The translations under genes were made by a program, and so were the position numbers. This document shows positions 19,457-31,221 of a DNA stretch of 55,044 nt, in pieces. The stretch lies in the NCBI GenBank assembly GCA_036488915.1, contig DASXGU010000134.1:1-55044 (forward strand), read 5' to 3'. Every line of letters begins with the position of its first letter. Positions within the stretch are counted from its first letter, which is position 1. The notes below the pieces were generated by a model that was given only the letters and a program-made list of their open reading frames with translations, made no database searches and had not been told where the DNA came from. This DNA is from Gemmatimonadaceae bacterium. Lineage in GTDB: Bacteria; Gemmatimonadota; Gemmatimonadetes; Gemmatimonadales; Gemmatimonadaceae.

Positions 19457-20000
19457 GCTTTTTACCATCGGTCATTCGACCAGGAGCTTCGAAGAGCTCC
19501 TGGGTCTCCTGAAAAGGGAAGGCGTGTCGCATCTCGTCGATGTGCGCGCCTTTCCCACATCTGCGCGCCATCCGCATTTCAACCGGAGTCACCTCGAGCG
19601 CGCCCTTCCCGAGCATCTCGTTCGCTACACGCATTTCCCCGCGCTGGGCGGGCGTCGCAAGGTTCGCCGCGACTCCCACAACACGCTGTGGCGGAACGCG
19701 GGTTTCCGCGGCTACGCCGACTACATGGAGACCCGGGAATTCGATCAGGCGCTCGACGAGCTCTTGCAGGCCGCGGCGGCGGAGCCGACCGCGATAATGT
19801 GCGCTGAAGCGGTGCCGTGGCGCTGCCACCGCTCGCTCATCTCCGACGCCGCCACCGCGCGCGGTGTGGAGGTGCGTCATATCATGGACGCCGGAGCGCA
19901 GCCCCATCGTCTCACAACATTCGGACGGGTCGACGATGAGGGACGCGTGCACTACGACCTCGCGACCCAGAGTGATTTGTTTGGCGCCCAGCTGCCCTGA
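19443..20000 (+). CDS. DUF488 domain protein
   Basis: FTIGHSTR, LVDVR.FP.S, LGGRR, F..YADYM, MCAEAVPWRCHR; GTG start at 19443. Confidence 0.88.
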   Translation: MDPARLFTIGHSTRSFEELLGLLKREGVSHLVDVRAFPTSARHPHFNRSHLERALPEHLVRYTHFPALGGRRKVRRDSHNTLWRNAGFRGYADYMETREFDQALDELLQAAAAEPTAIMCAEAVPWRCHRSLISDAATARGVEVRHIMDAGAQPHRLTTFGRVDDEGRVHYDLATQSDLFGAQLP

Positions 20001-20151
20001 CAAGCAAATGTCGGCCGAAGCGCAGGCATGCTGGTTGCCATCTTGAATGGAGTACCCTAGCATAACGCCAGGCGAACGCCGTCAGTGCGCCAAAGCGGGG
20101 TACGATTTATTGTCGCGTCGGGTGTAACTCACTTCTTGCGAGGGTGCCATA

Positions 20152-20301
20152 ATGCTTTGGACGATCGCGGTAATTCTGTTTATTCTGTGGATTCTCGGTT
20201 TCTTCGTCGTGCACGTCGGGGGCGGGCTGATTCACCTGCTGTTGGTGATAGCGGTGATCGTCGTCATCTATCGCCTCGTCACAGGCAGACCCGTAGTCTA
20301 G
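20152..20301 (+). CDS. lmo0937/DUF5670-family small membrane protein (49 aa, not in ORF track)
   Basis: Translates to MLWTIAVILFILWILGFFVVHVGGGLIHLLLVIAVIVVIYRLVTGRPVV. Confidence 0.88.
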   Translation: MLWTIAVILFILWILGFFVVHVGGGLIHLLLVIAVIVVIYRLVTGRPVV

Positions 20302-20404
20302 ATAGTTCCACCCGGCCGCAGCGACTCGTTTGCTACGGCGCGATGCTGCCCTCCACCATCCGGTTCGCTTCGGAAGGGGAGGGCAGCATTTTGCATCGCG
20401 ACAG

Positions 20405-21211
20405 GTGAGCGATCAGCCCGACTCAGAAGCGGTCACCGCCGCTGGCGGCGCGTCGATTCTCTCGAAGGTGCGAGTCATCCTGCACGAGCCGCAGGACCCG
20501 GTCAACATCGCCGCCACCATCCGCGCGATGAAAAACATGGGCTGCTCCGATCTTTATCTGGTCAAATCCGTCCCGTACGACCCGTGGCGGCTCGAAGGCA
20601 TCGCCCACGACACCAGCGACATCATCGGCAGGATCAAAAACTGCGACACCATCGACGAAGCCCTCGGGGGCGTGGTCCGGGTGGCGGGGTTCACCGCCCG
20701 TCGCCGCGCCGCCAAGCGCGACATCACTACCCCACACCTCGCCAGTCGTGAGCTCCTCGACTTCGCGACCCGTGGCCCGGTGGCGATTCTGTTCGGTCGC
20801 GAGGACAAGGGATTGCCGAACGATATTCTGGATCGCGCCCACCTCGTCGTCACCATCCCCACGACAAACCACGCCTCGCTCAATCTGGCGCAGGCGGTTC
20901 TGATTGCGCTCTACGAGCTTCACCTGACGGCGGCCGATGCGACCCGCACGCTGGACCCGCCGCGGAAGGATGCGCCGCCGGCGACGTCGGAAGAATACGA
21001 AAAGCTGTTTGCCGACGCCGAGCGCGGTCTCCACGCGATCGATTTTTTCAAGACGCGCTTTCACGAGCACATCATGCGGAGCGTCCGCACGCTTTTCTAC
21101 CGGGCTTCTCCCGACTCGCGCGAGCTGGCGCTCCTGCGTGCGATCTTTATAGAAATCGTCCGGACAATCGAGCGCAAAACCAAGGGAAAGGCCGGAGGTT
21201 TGCAGCAGTGA
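20405..21211 (+). CDS. SPOUT RNA methyltransferase, TrmJ/TrmH family
   Basis: VILHEPQDPVNIAATIRAMKNMG, FGREDKGL, SLNLAQAV; GTG 20405. Confidence 0.88.
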   Translation: MSDQPDSEAVTAAGGASILSKVRVILHEPQDPVNIAATIRAMKNMGCSDLYLVKSVPYDPWRLEGIAHDTSDIIGRIKNCDTIDEALGGVVRVAGFTARRRAAKRDITTPHLASRELLDFATRGPVAILFGREDKGLPNDILDRAHLVVTIPTTNHASLNLAQAVLIALYELHLTAADATRTLDPPRKDAPPATSEEYEKLFADAERGLHAIDFFKTRFHEHIMRSVRTLFYRASPDSRELALLRAIFIEIVRTIERKTKGKAGGLQQ

Positions 21212-21264
21212 GCGCGCACTTGCGCCACACTAACTGTCCGAACATTTTTCCGCCTGTCGAGCGC

Positions 21265-21282
21265 TTGTGAAATTCTTCACAA
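21265..21282. promoter_or_regulatory. Rex-type operator upstream of the ACIII operon
   Basis: TTGTGAA-ATTC-TTCACAA, a perfect match to the Rex consensus TTGTGAA-N4-TTCACAA, 38 nt before the actA ATG. Confidence 0.75.
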
Positions 21283-21320
21283 AGCCGACCGTTTAACTCG
21301 CCTTTACACGACACTAGCGG

Positions 21321-21866
21321 ATGAACTTGCGAAGCAGATGGCTAGCAGTGCCGGGATTCGTTTGTATCGCGGCGCTCGCCACCATGCTCTCTGCATATAG
21401 CGGCGCTTCTTCGTCGGAAGGGAACAGTCCGGTGCAGCCGGTCAAGTTCCGCCACACCATCCATGTGGATACGCTGAAGATGAACTGCCTCTACTGCCAC
21501 TATTCCGCCAACAAATCTTTCGATCCGGGTCTGCCCGCCATGGGAACCTGCATGGGCTGTCACACCGTCATCGCCGGATCGACAGACGACAACAAGGCAG
21601 AGATCGGCAAGCTCGCCGCGTTCTGGAACAAGAAGCAGCCGGTGCCGTGGATCCGTATCCACAAGCTCCCCGAGTACGTCCACTTCCCCCACATGCGGCA
21701 CGTGAACGCGGGCGTCACGTGTCAGACTTGTCACGGGCAGATACAAAACATGAAGCAGGTCTACCAGGCTTCTTCGCTCAACATGGGATGGTGCATCAAC
21801 TGCCATATCGGACAGTCGAATCCACCGTTCCGCGCCCGCTACGACTGCAGCTCGTGTCACTACTGA
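21321..21866 (+). CDS. actA: Alternative complex III pentaheme cytochrome c subunit
   Basis: Five CxxCH motifs (CLYCH, CMGCH, CQTCH, CINCH, CSSCH); QPVKFRH, LPEYVHFPH. Confidence 0.9.
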   Translation: MNLRSRWLAVPGFVCIAALATMLSAYSGASSSEGNSPVQPVKFRHTIHVDTLKMNCLYCHYSANKSFDPGLPAMGTCMGCHTVIAGSTDDNKAEIGKLAAFWNKKQPVPWIRIHKLPEYVHFPHMRHVNAGVTCQTCHGQIQNMKQVYQASSLNMGWCINCHIGQSNPPFRARYDCSSCHY

Positions 21867-21870
21867 TCTG

Positions 21871-24990
<3,120 letters not shown>

Positions 24991-24991
24991 G

Positions 24992-26455
24992 ATGGCGACC
25001 ATCACCCGGCCGGTTCCGGCGCGCGACGAGCCTCGCCGCCCGAACATCGCCAAAGCCGACATCCAGCTGCCGGCGGTTCGCGACTACGAGCAGGTCGACC
25101 GCGAGATCGTCGGCACCCTTCACCCGACGGTCGCATGGTTCATCGGGCTCGGCGTCGCGATCTTCTTCCTGATAATCGGCATTTCGGCGTGGATGTATCA
25201 GATCTACAGCGGCCTCGGAGTGGCCGGCTACAATCCGCCGGTGATGTGGGGCGTGTACATCATCACCTTCGTCTTCTGGGTCGGTATTGGTCACGCCGGG
25301 ACGCTGATCTCGGCGATTCTATACCTGTTCCGGGCCGGGTTCCGCACCACGATTTACAGATGCGCCGAGGCCATGACCGTCTTCGCCGTCATGACGGCGG
25401 GACTGTTCCCGATTCTGCACCTCGGCCGGCCGTGGAAATTCTTCTGGCTGATACCCTATCCGAACTGGCGCTACATCTGGCCCCAGTTCAAGAGTCCCCT
25501 GGTGTGGGACGTGTTCGCGATTCTCACGTACCTCACCGTGTCGAGCACGTTTCTATACATCGGCCTGATTCCCGACATCGCGGTTCTGCGCGATCGCGAG
25601 AACATCAGCCCGATCAGGAAACAGATCTACACCATGCTCTCGCTCGGGTGGCGGAACAGCGACAACGAGTGGCGGCACTTTGCGCGGGCTTACCTGTTCC
25701 TGGCTGCGTTCTCGACGCCGCTGGTTCTGTCGGTGCACTCGGTGGTGTCCTTCGACTTCGCCATGGCTCTGACGCCGGGATGGCACACGACGATCTTCCC
25801 TCCTTACTTCGTCGCCGGCGCCATCTTCTCCGGCATCGGGATGGTCTTCACCATCATCATTCCGCTCAGGAAGTGGTTCGGTCTCAAGCACTACGTCACC
25901 ATCAACCACCTCGACGCCGCGGCGAAGCTCGCTCTGTTCACATCGCTGGTGGTCGGCTGCGCCTACATGAACGAGTGGTTCGTGGCGTGGTTCAGCGGCA
26001 ACGAGTTCGAAAAAGCGTTTTTCGCCAACCGCATCTGGGGACAGTGGTGGTGGGCGTCGGCCATCCTCTATACCTGCAACATGGTGCTGCCGCTGTCGCT
26101 GTTCGTGCAGAAGCTGCGGCGCAATCCGGCGTGGCTGTTCATCCTTTCGTTCACCATCAACATCGGGATGTGGTTCGAGCGTTTCGTGATCGTCGTGCCT
26201 TCGCTCTCGCACGAGTTCGAGCCATGGCAGTGGACGAGCTACCGGCCGACCTGGGTGGACTACGCGATTCTCTGCGGCAGCTTCGGCTGGTTCTCGATGT
26301 GGTTCCTGCTGTTCATCAAGCAGCTGCCGGTGATCGCCATCTCGGAAGTGAAGGAGATCGTTCCACCAAAGGTGAGAACCGGGCATCCGCACGGGATCGA
26401 TCCGTCGGGCCGCCATTTCGAGTACGAGGCTGACACGCCGGGAGAGTTCGCCTGA
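24992..26455 (+). CDS. actC: Alternative complex III NrfD/PsrC-family quinol-binding subunit
   Basis: FVFWVGIGHAGTLISA, HLGRPW, SPLVWD, VLSVHSVVSFDFA, GMWFERF. Confidence 0.93.
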   Translation: MATITRPVPARDEPRRPNIAKADIQLPAVRDYEQVDREIVGTLHPTVAWFIGLGVAIFFLIIGISAWMYQIYSGLGVAGYNPPVMWGVYIITFVFWVGIGHAGTLISAILYLFRAGFRTTIYRCAEAMTVFAVMTAGLFPILHLGRPWKFFWLIPYPNWRYIWPQFKSPLVWDVFAILTYLTVSSTFLYIGLIPDIAVLRDRENISPIRKQIYTMLSLGWRNSDNEWRHFARAYLFLAAFSTPLVLSVHSVVSFDFAMALTPGWHTTIFPPYFVAGAIFSGIGMVFTIIIPLRKWFGLKHYVTINHLDAAAKLALFTSLVVGCAYMNEWFVAWFSGNEFEKAFFANRIWGQWWWASAILYTCNMVLPLSLFVQKLRRNPAWLFILSFTINIGMWFERFVIVVPSLSHEFEPWQWTSYRPTWVDYAILCGSFGWFSMWFLLFIKQLPVIAISEVKEIVPPKVRTGHPHGIDPSGRHFEYEADTPGEFA

Positions 26456-26955
26456 TGCGCGGAGTTCTGGGCGCTTTCCGGGAGATCGATTCGGCGGTGA
26501 GCGGCATCGAGGCGCTGAAGGAAAAACGCGTCGGTGCGATTCGGGTCTTCACTCCCACTCCTCGACACGAGCTGGAGGCAGCCATCGAGCCTCCGCCGAG
26601 TCCGGTGCGGCGATACACGCTCATCGGCGGATTGTGTGGCGTGACCTTTGGCTACTGGATCGCGATCTGGGCGTCGGACTACTGGCCGCTGGTCGTCGGC
26701 GGCAAGGCGATCGCGACGTGGGTCCCATACACGATTTTCGGCTTCGAGGTCATGGTGCTGATCGGGGCGCTGTCGACGGTCGCCGGACTTTTCATCAGCT
26801 CGCGAATTCCTCGCCTGACGATGATGGTCGGCTACGACCCGCGCTTCAGCCACGGTGAGTACGGCGTGTGGGTCGAGTGTCCGCCCGACAAGGTGACGTC
26901 GGCCGAGTCGCTGTTGCGGGACCATGGAGCAGTGGAGGTCCGGCGTGAGCGCTAG
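26455..26955 (+). CDS. actD: Alternative complex III subunit D (DUF3341)
   Basis: Two TM helices, WPLVVGGK, FE..VL, YDPRFS; position in operon. Confidence 0.88.
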   Translation: MRGVLGAFREIDSAVSGIEALKEKRVGAIRVFTPTPRHELEAAIEPPPSPVRRYTLIGGLCGVTFGYWIAIWASDYWPLVVGGKAIATWVPYTIFGFEVMVLIGALSTVAGLFISSRIPRLTMMVGYDPRFSHGEYGVWVECPPDKVTSAESLLRDHGAVEVRRER

Positions 26956-26956
26956 A

Positions 26957-27736
26957 ATGCGACCCCTCGCTCTCTTGCTGCCACTCCTGCTCACTGCCTG
27001 CGAGTGGTTCACCGACTTCAAGAGACAGCCGTCGATCTCGACGTGGGAACCGGTCAGTGACACGTTGACTCCGTCGCGCGGCAATCCCCAGATGTCGGTT
27101 CCGACCGGCGGTACGGCGATGGCGGGGTTCCAGGTGTCGTACGGTGCATTCCCGGCGACGATCGATTCGATGTCGGGGCTTCGCAATCCGACGCCGCCCA
27201 CCGATTCATCCCTGGCCAACGGCAGAAAATATTTTCAGATCAACTGCGCGGTTTGTCACGGTGAGAGAGCGATGGGTGACGGCCCGGCAACCAGGTACGG
27301 CATGCCCGGAATGAATCTCACCGCGGATGTCACCAAGGCGCGGACCGACGGCTACATCTTCGGCATGATTCGAAACGGTCGGGGATTGATGCCGCCCTAC
27401 AACCGCATCGAGGAAACGGACCGCTGGGATGTCGTGAACTACCTGCGCGCGCTGCAAGGCGTAAACGGCAAGACCGTGGTCGTGGGTCCACTCGCTCCGC
27501 CGGGAGTGACGGGTGACAAGGTGCCGGGCGCGACGCCGATGGGGCCGACCCAGCCGGCACCGTTCACCAGCCCGCGCACCCTGCTGCCCGCCGCCGCTGC
27601 ACAGGCGCAGCCAGGCGCGGCGCAGCAACAAGGCCTTGCTCCCACGACAGTAGCAAAGCCGGCGGACACCACGCGTCGACGCGCCGATTCCGCCAAGGTC
27701 AGGTCGGACAGCACCCGCTCGAGAACCCCGAGATGA
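26957..27736 (+). CDS. actE: Alternative complex III monoheme lipoprotein cytochrome c
   Basis: Lipobox LLTAC, CAVCHG, distal MP; low-complexity Pro/Ala/Gln C-terminal tail. Confidence 0.88.
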   Translation: MRPLALLLPLLLTACEWFTDFKRQPSISTWEPVSDTLTPSRGNPQMSVPTGGTAMAGFQVSYGAFPATIDSMSGLRNPTPPTDSSLANGRKYFQINCAVCHGERAMGDGPATRYGMPGMNLTADVTKARTDGYIFGMIRNGRGLMPPYNRIEETDRWDVVNYLRALQGVNGKTVVVGPLAPPGVTGDKVPGATPMGPTQPAPFTSPRTLLPAAAAQAQPGAAQQQGLAPTTVAKPADTTRRRADSAKVRSDSTRSRTPR

Positions 27737-29061
27737 GCTCGCATCACGACGCACACGCATTGAGCCGCGACGAAGTGCTTGTCGGCATCGATCGCCCGAC
27801 GCCGCGCATTCTATCCACGATCGCCCTGGTCCTGGCTGTCATTGGCCTGATCATCTTCGTCGTCGGGCTTTTCGTTCAACCCGACCGCGTCTGGCAGGCT
27901 CTGCTCGTCAACTGGCTCTACTTCACGTCGATCTCCTCGGCAGCGGTGATGTTCGTCGCCGCGCAGCGAATCACCACGGCGCGCTGGTCGAGACCGATCG
28001 TCCGGTTCCTCGAGGGTTACGTCGCGTTCCTTCCCGTCGCCTTCGTTCTGCTCATCCTCATGATCTTCGTCGGCAGACACCACATCTTCTGGTGGGCGAA
28101 TACGCCGTCCGAGATTCCGGAGAAGCGCATCTGGCTCGATCCGCCGTTCTTCCTGTCTCGCGTGACGATCGTTTTCACGATCATCGCCGGGCTGAGCATC
28201 TGGTACATCTACACCTCGGTGCGGCTGGACGTGGGAATTCTGCCCGAAGCCGGAGCAAGCTGGGCGCGCGGACTCCGCGAACGGATGCGCCGCGGGTTCC
28301 GCGACGAGCGGCGCGAGCTCCACTCCACGCATTCTCAGCAGGGTTACATGGCTGTAGCCCTCGCTTTCGCTTTCGCCTTCGGCTGGATCCTGCTGTCGTG
28401 GGATCTATCGATGTCGCTCGATCCGCATTTCCAGAGCACCATGTACGGGTGGTGGTTCTTCATGGGCGCGTGGGTGGCTGCGATCGCCAGCTGGACGCTG
28501 ATCGTAATGGCGTGGCGTCGCTATCTCGCCCGATACGATCTGATTCAGGAAAAACATTTCCACGACCTGGGCAAGCTGTGTTTCGCTTTTACGGCGTTCT
28601 GGGGATACCTCACCTTCGGCCAGTACCTCGTGATCTGGTACGGCAACATGGGTGAAGAGACGCACTGGATGCGCCTGCGGCTGATCGGTGGCTGGCTCGT
28701 GCCGACCGTCACCGGTGTCGTGCTCATGTTCGGATTTCCTTTCTTCGGCCTGCTGTCACGCGCGGCGAAGGTATTTCTACCGACGATGTTCTTCTTTGCC
28801 GCTTCGACCGTTGTCGGACTCTGGATTCACCGCTACATCGAGGTGTATCCGTCGATTTACGGGCAGGTCGCCCGCATGCCTTTCAGCATCTGGGAAATCG
28901 GCGTCACCGCGGGCGTGCTCGGTATCTGGGGATTCTGCTATCTTGCTTTCATGGATGCATTTCCCCGCATGCGCATACTGCTGATGACGTCGCCCTATCG
29001 CGACGAGGTTCAGGTGCCGGTCGATCCGCGCACGATGGAACCGCTGCCCGCGCACGAATAG
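27733..29061 (+). CDS. actF: Alternative complex III subunit F
   Basis: About 10 TM helices, MSLDPHFQST, HDLGKL.FAF..FW.YL.F.QYLVIWYGN. Confidence 0.9.
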   Translation: MSSHHDAHALSRDEVLVGIDRPTPRILSTIALVLAVIGLIIFVVGLFVQPDRVWQALLVNWLYFTSISSAAVMFVAAQRITTARWSRPIVRFLEGYVAFLPVAFVLLILMIFVGRHHIFWWANTPSEIPEKRIWLDPPFFLSRVTIVFTIIAGLSIWYIYTSVRLDVGILPEAGASWARGLRERMRRGFRDERRELHSTHSQQGYMAVALAFAFAFGWILLSWDLSMSLDPHFQSTMYGWWFFMGAWVAAIASWTLIVMAWRRYLARYDLIQEKHFHDLGKLCFAFTAFWGYLTFGQYLVIWYGNMGEETHWMRLRLIGGWLVPTVTGVVLMFGFPFFGLLSRAAKVFLPTMFFFAASTVVGLWIHRYIEVYPSIYGQVARMPFSIWEIGVTAGVLGIWGFCYLAFMDAFPRMRILLMTSPYRDEVQVPVDPRTMEPLPAHE

Positions 29062-29166
29062 GGTAGCTCCTATCTTTTCGCGGCACCCAAACGCTCGCCA
29101 TTCTGCCGGCCCCCGCTCCCGCGCGGGAGACGTGACCAATTCTTTCGATCGTTTTCGCGGCACGTT

Positions 29167-30879
29167 GTGAGAGAGCAGTCCGGCGCGGAAAGGATCATCG
29201 AAGTACTCACCGGCGCCGGTGTAAAATACGTATTCGGGCTTCCTGGAACGCAGACGCTCGCGCTATTCGAAGCGCTGCGAAAGAGCCCGCTGCAGACGAT
29301 ACTCACGACCAGCGAGCTCACCGCCGGATTCATGGCTGGCGGATTGGCGCGGGTCACCGGAAAACCCGGCGTCATCGTGACGATTCCGGGGCCGGGGTTC
29401 ATGTGGGCGCTTCCCGGCGTAGCCGAGGCACTCCTCGATTCGGTGCCGTTGGTCCATATCTCCGGGTCACCGATCGACGAGCCGGTCGGGCGGACGGCGA
29501 GACAACAGGAGCTCCTGCAAGCGGCAATCGCCGCGCCCTTGGTGAAGGCCGTGGTCGACGCTGGCCAATACGCCGATCCCGGTGAGGCGACCCGGGAGGC
29601 TCTTCGCCTTTCCCGCACGGGCGAGCCTGGGCCCGTGCTACTGCACGTTTCCTCGGCGACCATGGCCAACGCGTTCGAGCAATCGGATCGCCGGCCAACT
29701 CCTCCGACGCAGACGGCAGGACGGTCGGCCTTTACCGAAGTAATCGCCAGGCTGCGATCGGCGCGACGCCCAATATTCATTTTCGGCCAGGGCGCGAACC
29801 CGCATTCGAGAGTTGTTCGAAGGATCGTCGAGCGCGTAAACGCGCCGCTCCTCGTCACGCCATCTGCCCGCGGGCTGCTGCCGGAAACCCACCCCCTTAG
29901 TTTCCCGTTCGGGGCGTTCGTCGCCGACATGCGAGCCCTCAACGATCTGATCGATTCGAGTGACCTGGTTCTGGCCGCGGGCTGCAAGCTGGGCAATGGC
30001 AGCACCGGCGGATTCGAGCTGAGACTGCCGGCTGATCGGTTCATTCACATCGACGCCAGTCGCGAAGTCGTAGGCTCCAACTATCCGGCATCCATCGAGA
30101 TTGTCGCGGATATCGGCGATCTCCTCGCCGAGCTCGCTAGTTCGGATCTGCGTCCCTCCAGCTGGACTTCCGTCGAGCTCGAGAGCTGGAGAGCGCGGAT
30201 CGCCGCGGACTACTCGAGCGCGCGCGAGCCATTGATTGCTGGTACGTCGAGCGGGACTGCCTCCGAGTTTTTCAACGCGCTCGGTCGCGGCCTTCCGGAC
30301 GACGCGATCCTGGTGCTCGATTCGGGATTGCATCAGGTCCTCGCCCGCCGCTATTACAAGGTCCTCTGCCCAAACGGACTCATTATTCCGACGGATCTGC
30401 AAAGCATGGGGTTCGCCATTCCGACTGCGATCGGCGCGCGGCTCGGGGCGCCGGCAAGATCAGTCGTAGCGCTACTCGGGGATGGCGGATTTGCGATGAC
30501 CGGTCTGGAGCTCCTGACGGCGGTTCGCGAAAAAATTGCTTTGGTCGTCATCGTGTTCGTCGACGACTCGCTCGGCCAGATACGAATGCAGCAGCTCGCG
30601 AATTATGGGGCCACGCATGGCGTCGCGCTGCAGAATCCGGATCTGCAAGCTCTCGCCGCATCGATCGGTGTTCGCTACGAGCGAGCCGGCGACGACATCG
30701 AAACCGTCATCCGTAACGCGGTTGGCCGCCAGGAAGTCACGCTCGTCGAGGTGGCCGTCGGCGATACGCTGAAGATCCGCGGCCACGCCGCACTGGTCCG
30801 CACCGGTGAGGCAACGAAGCGCCTGATCAGGCCGCGACTCTTTCGGATACTGAGGGCGATGTTGCGGCAACGTCGGTAA
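29167..30879 (+). CDS. Thiamine-pyrophosphate-dependent enzyme (acetolactate synthase-like superfamily)
   Basis: VFGLPGTQ, SE..AGFMA, GPG, SMGFAIP.AIGA, GDGGFAM. Confidence 0.85.
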   Translation: MREQSGAERIIEVLTGAGVKYVFGLPGTQTLALFEALRKSPLQTILTTSELTAGFMAGGLARVTGKPGVIVTIPGPGFMWALPGVAEALLDSVPLVHISGSPIDEPVGRTARQQELLQAAIAAPLVKAVVDAGQYADPGEATREALRLSRTGEPGPVLLHVSSATMANAFEQSDRRPTPPTQTAGRSAFTEVIARLRSARRPIFIFGQGANPHSRVVRRIVERVNAPLLVTPSARGLLPETHPLSFPFGAFVADMRALNDLIDSSDLVLAAGCKLGNGSTGGFELRLPADRFIHIDASREVVGSNYPASIEIVADIGDLLAELASSDLRPSSWTSVELESWRARIAADYSSAREPLIAGTSSGTASEFFNALGRGLPDDAILVLDSGLHQVLARRYYKVLCPNGLIIPTDLQSMGFAIPTAIGARLGAPARSVVALLGDGGFAMTGLELLTAVREKIALVVIVFVDDSLGQIRMQQLANYGATHGVALQNPDLQALAASIGVRYERAGDDIETVIRNAVGRQEVTLVEVAVGDTLKIRGHAALVRTGEATKRLIRPRLFRILRAMLRQRR

Positions 30880-30930
30880 CGTCCGGTGCGTTGTCTCGTT
30901 TGGGCCCTGTCACCTATATTTCGCGATCGA

Positions 30931-31003
30931 GGGGCGTTAGCTCAGCTGGGAGAGCGCCTGGTTTGCAACCAGGAGGTCGCAGGTTCGATCCCTGTACGCT
31001 CCA
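30931..31003 (+). tRNA. tRNA-Ala(TGC), CCA not encoded
   Basis: Acceptor GGGGCGT/ACGCTCC with G3:U70, D arm AGCTCAGCTGGGAGAGC, anticodon arm CCTGG-TTTGCAA-CCAGG, T loop GGTTCGATCC. Confidence 0.97.
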
Positions 31004-31221
31004 TAGATTTACGATTTGCCGGGGTCAGTTTGGAGGTCAGTTTCACCCAGGGGCCCGGTCGAGACCTTCCTCGGGTGGGACATTACTGCCAGCAGCAGCA
31101 CCAGAGTCAAGGTCTCGCTGCGTTGCCCAAATTCGATTGGACTGGGGTGGGGCTGCCCACGCCGCCATGGTACCCCTCTGGACGTACCAGCCCCCCTTAT
31201 GGACGGCGCACGATTCTCCAG

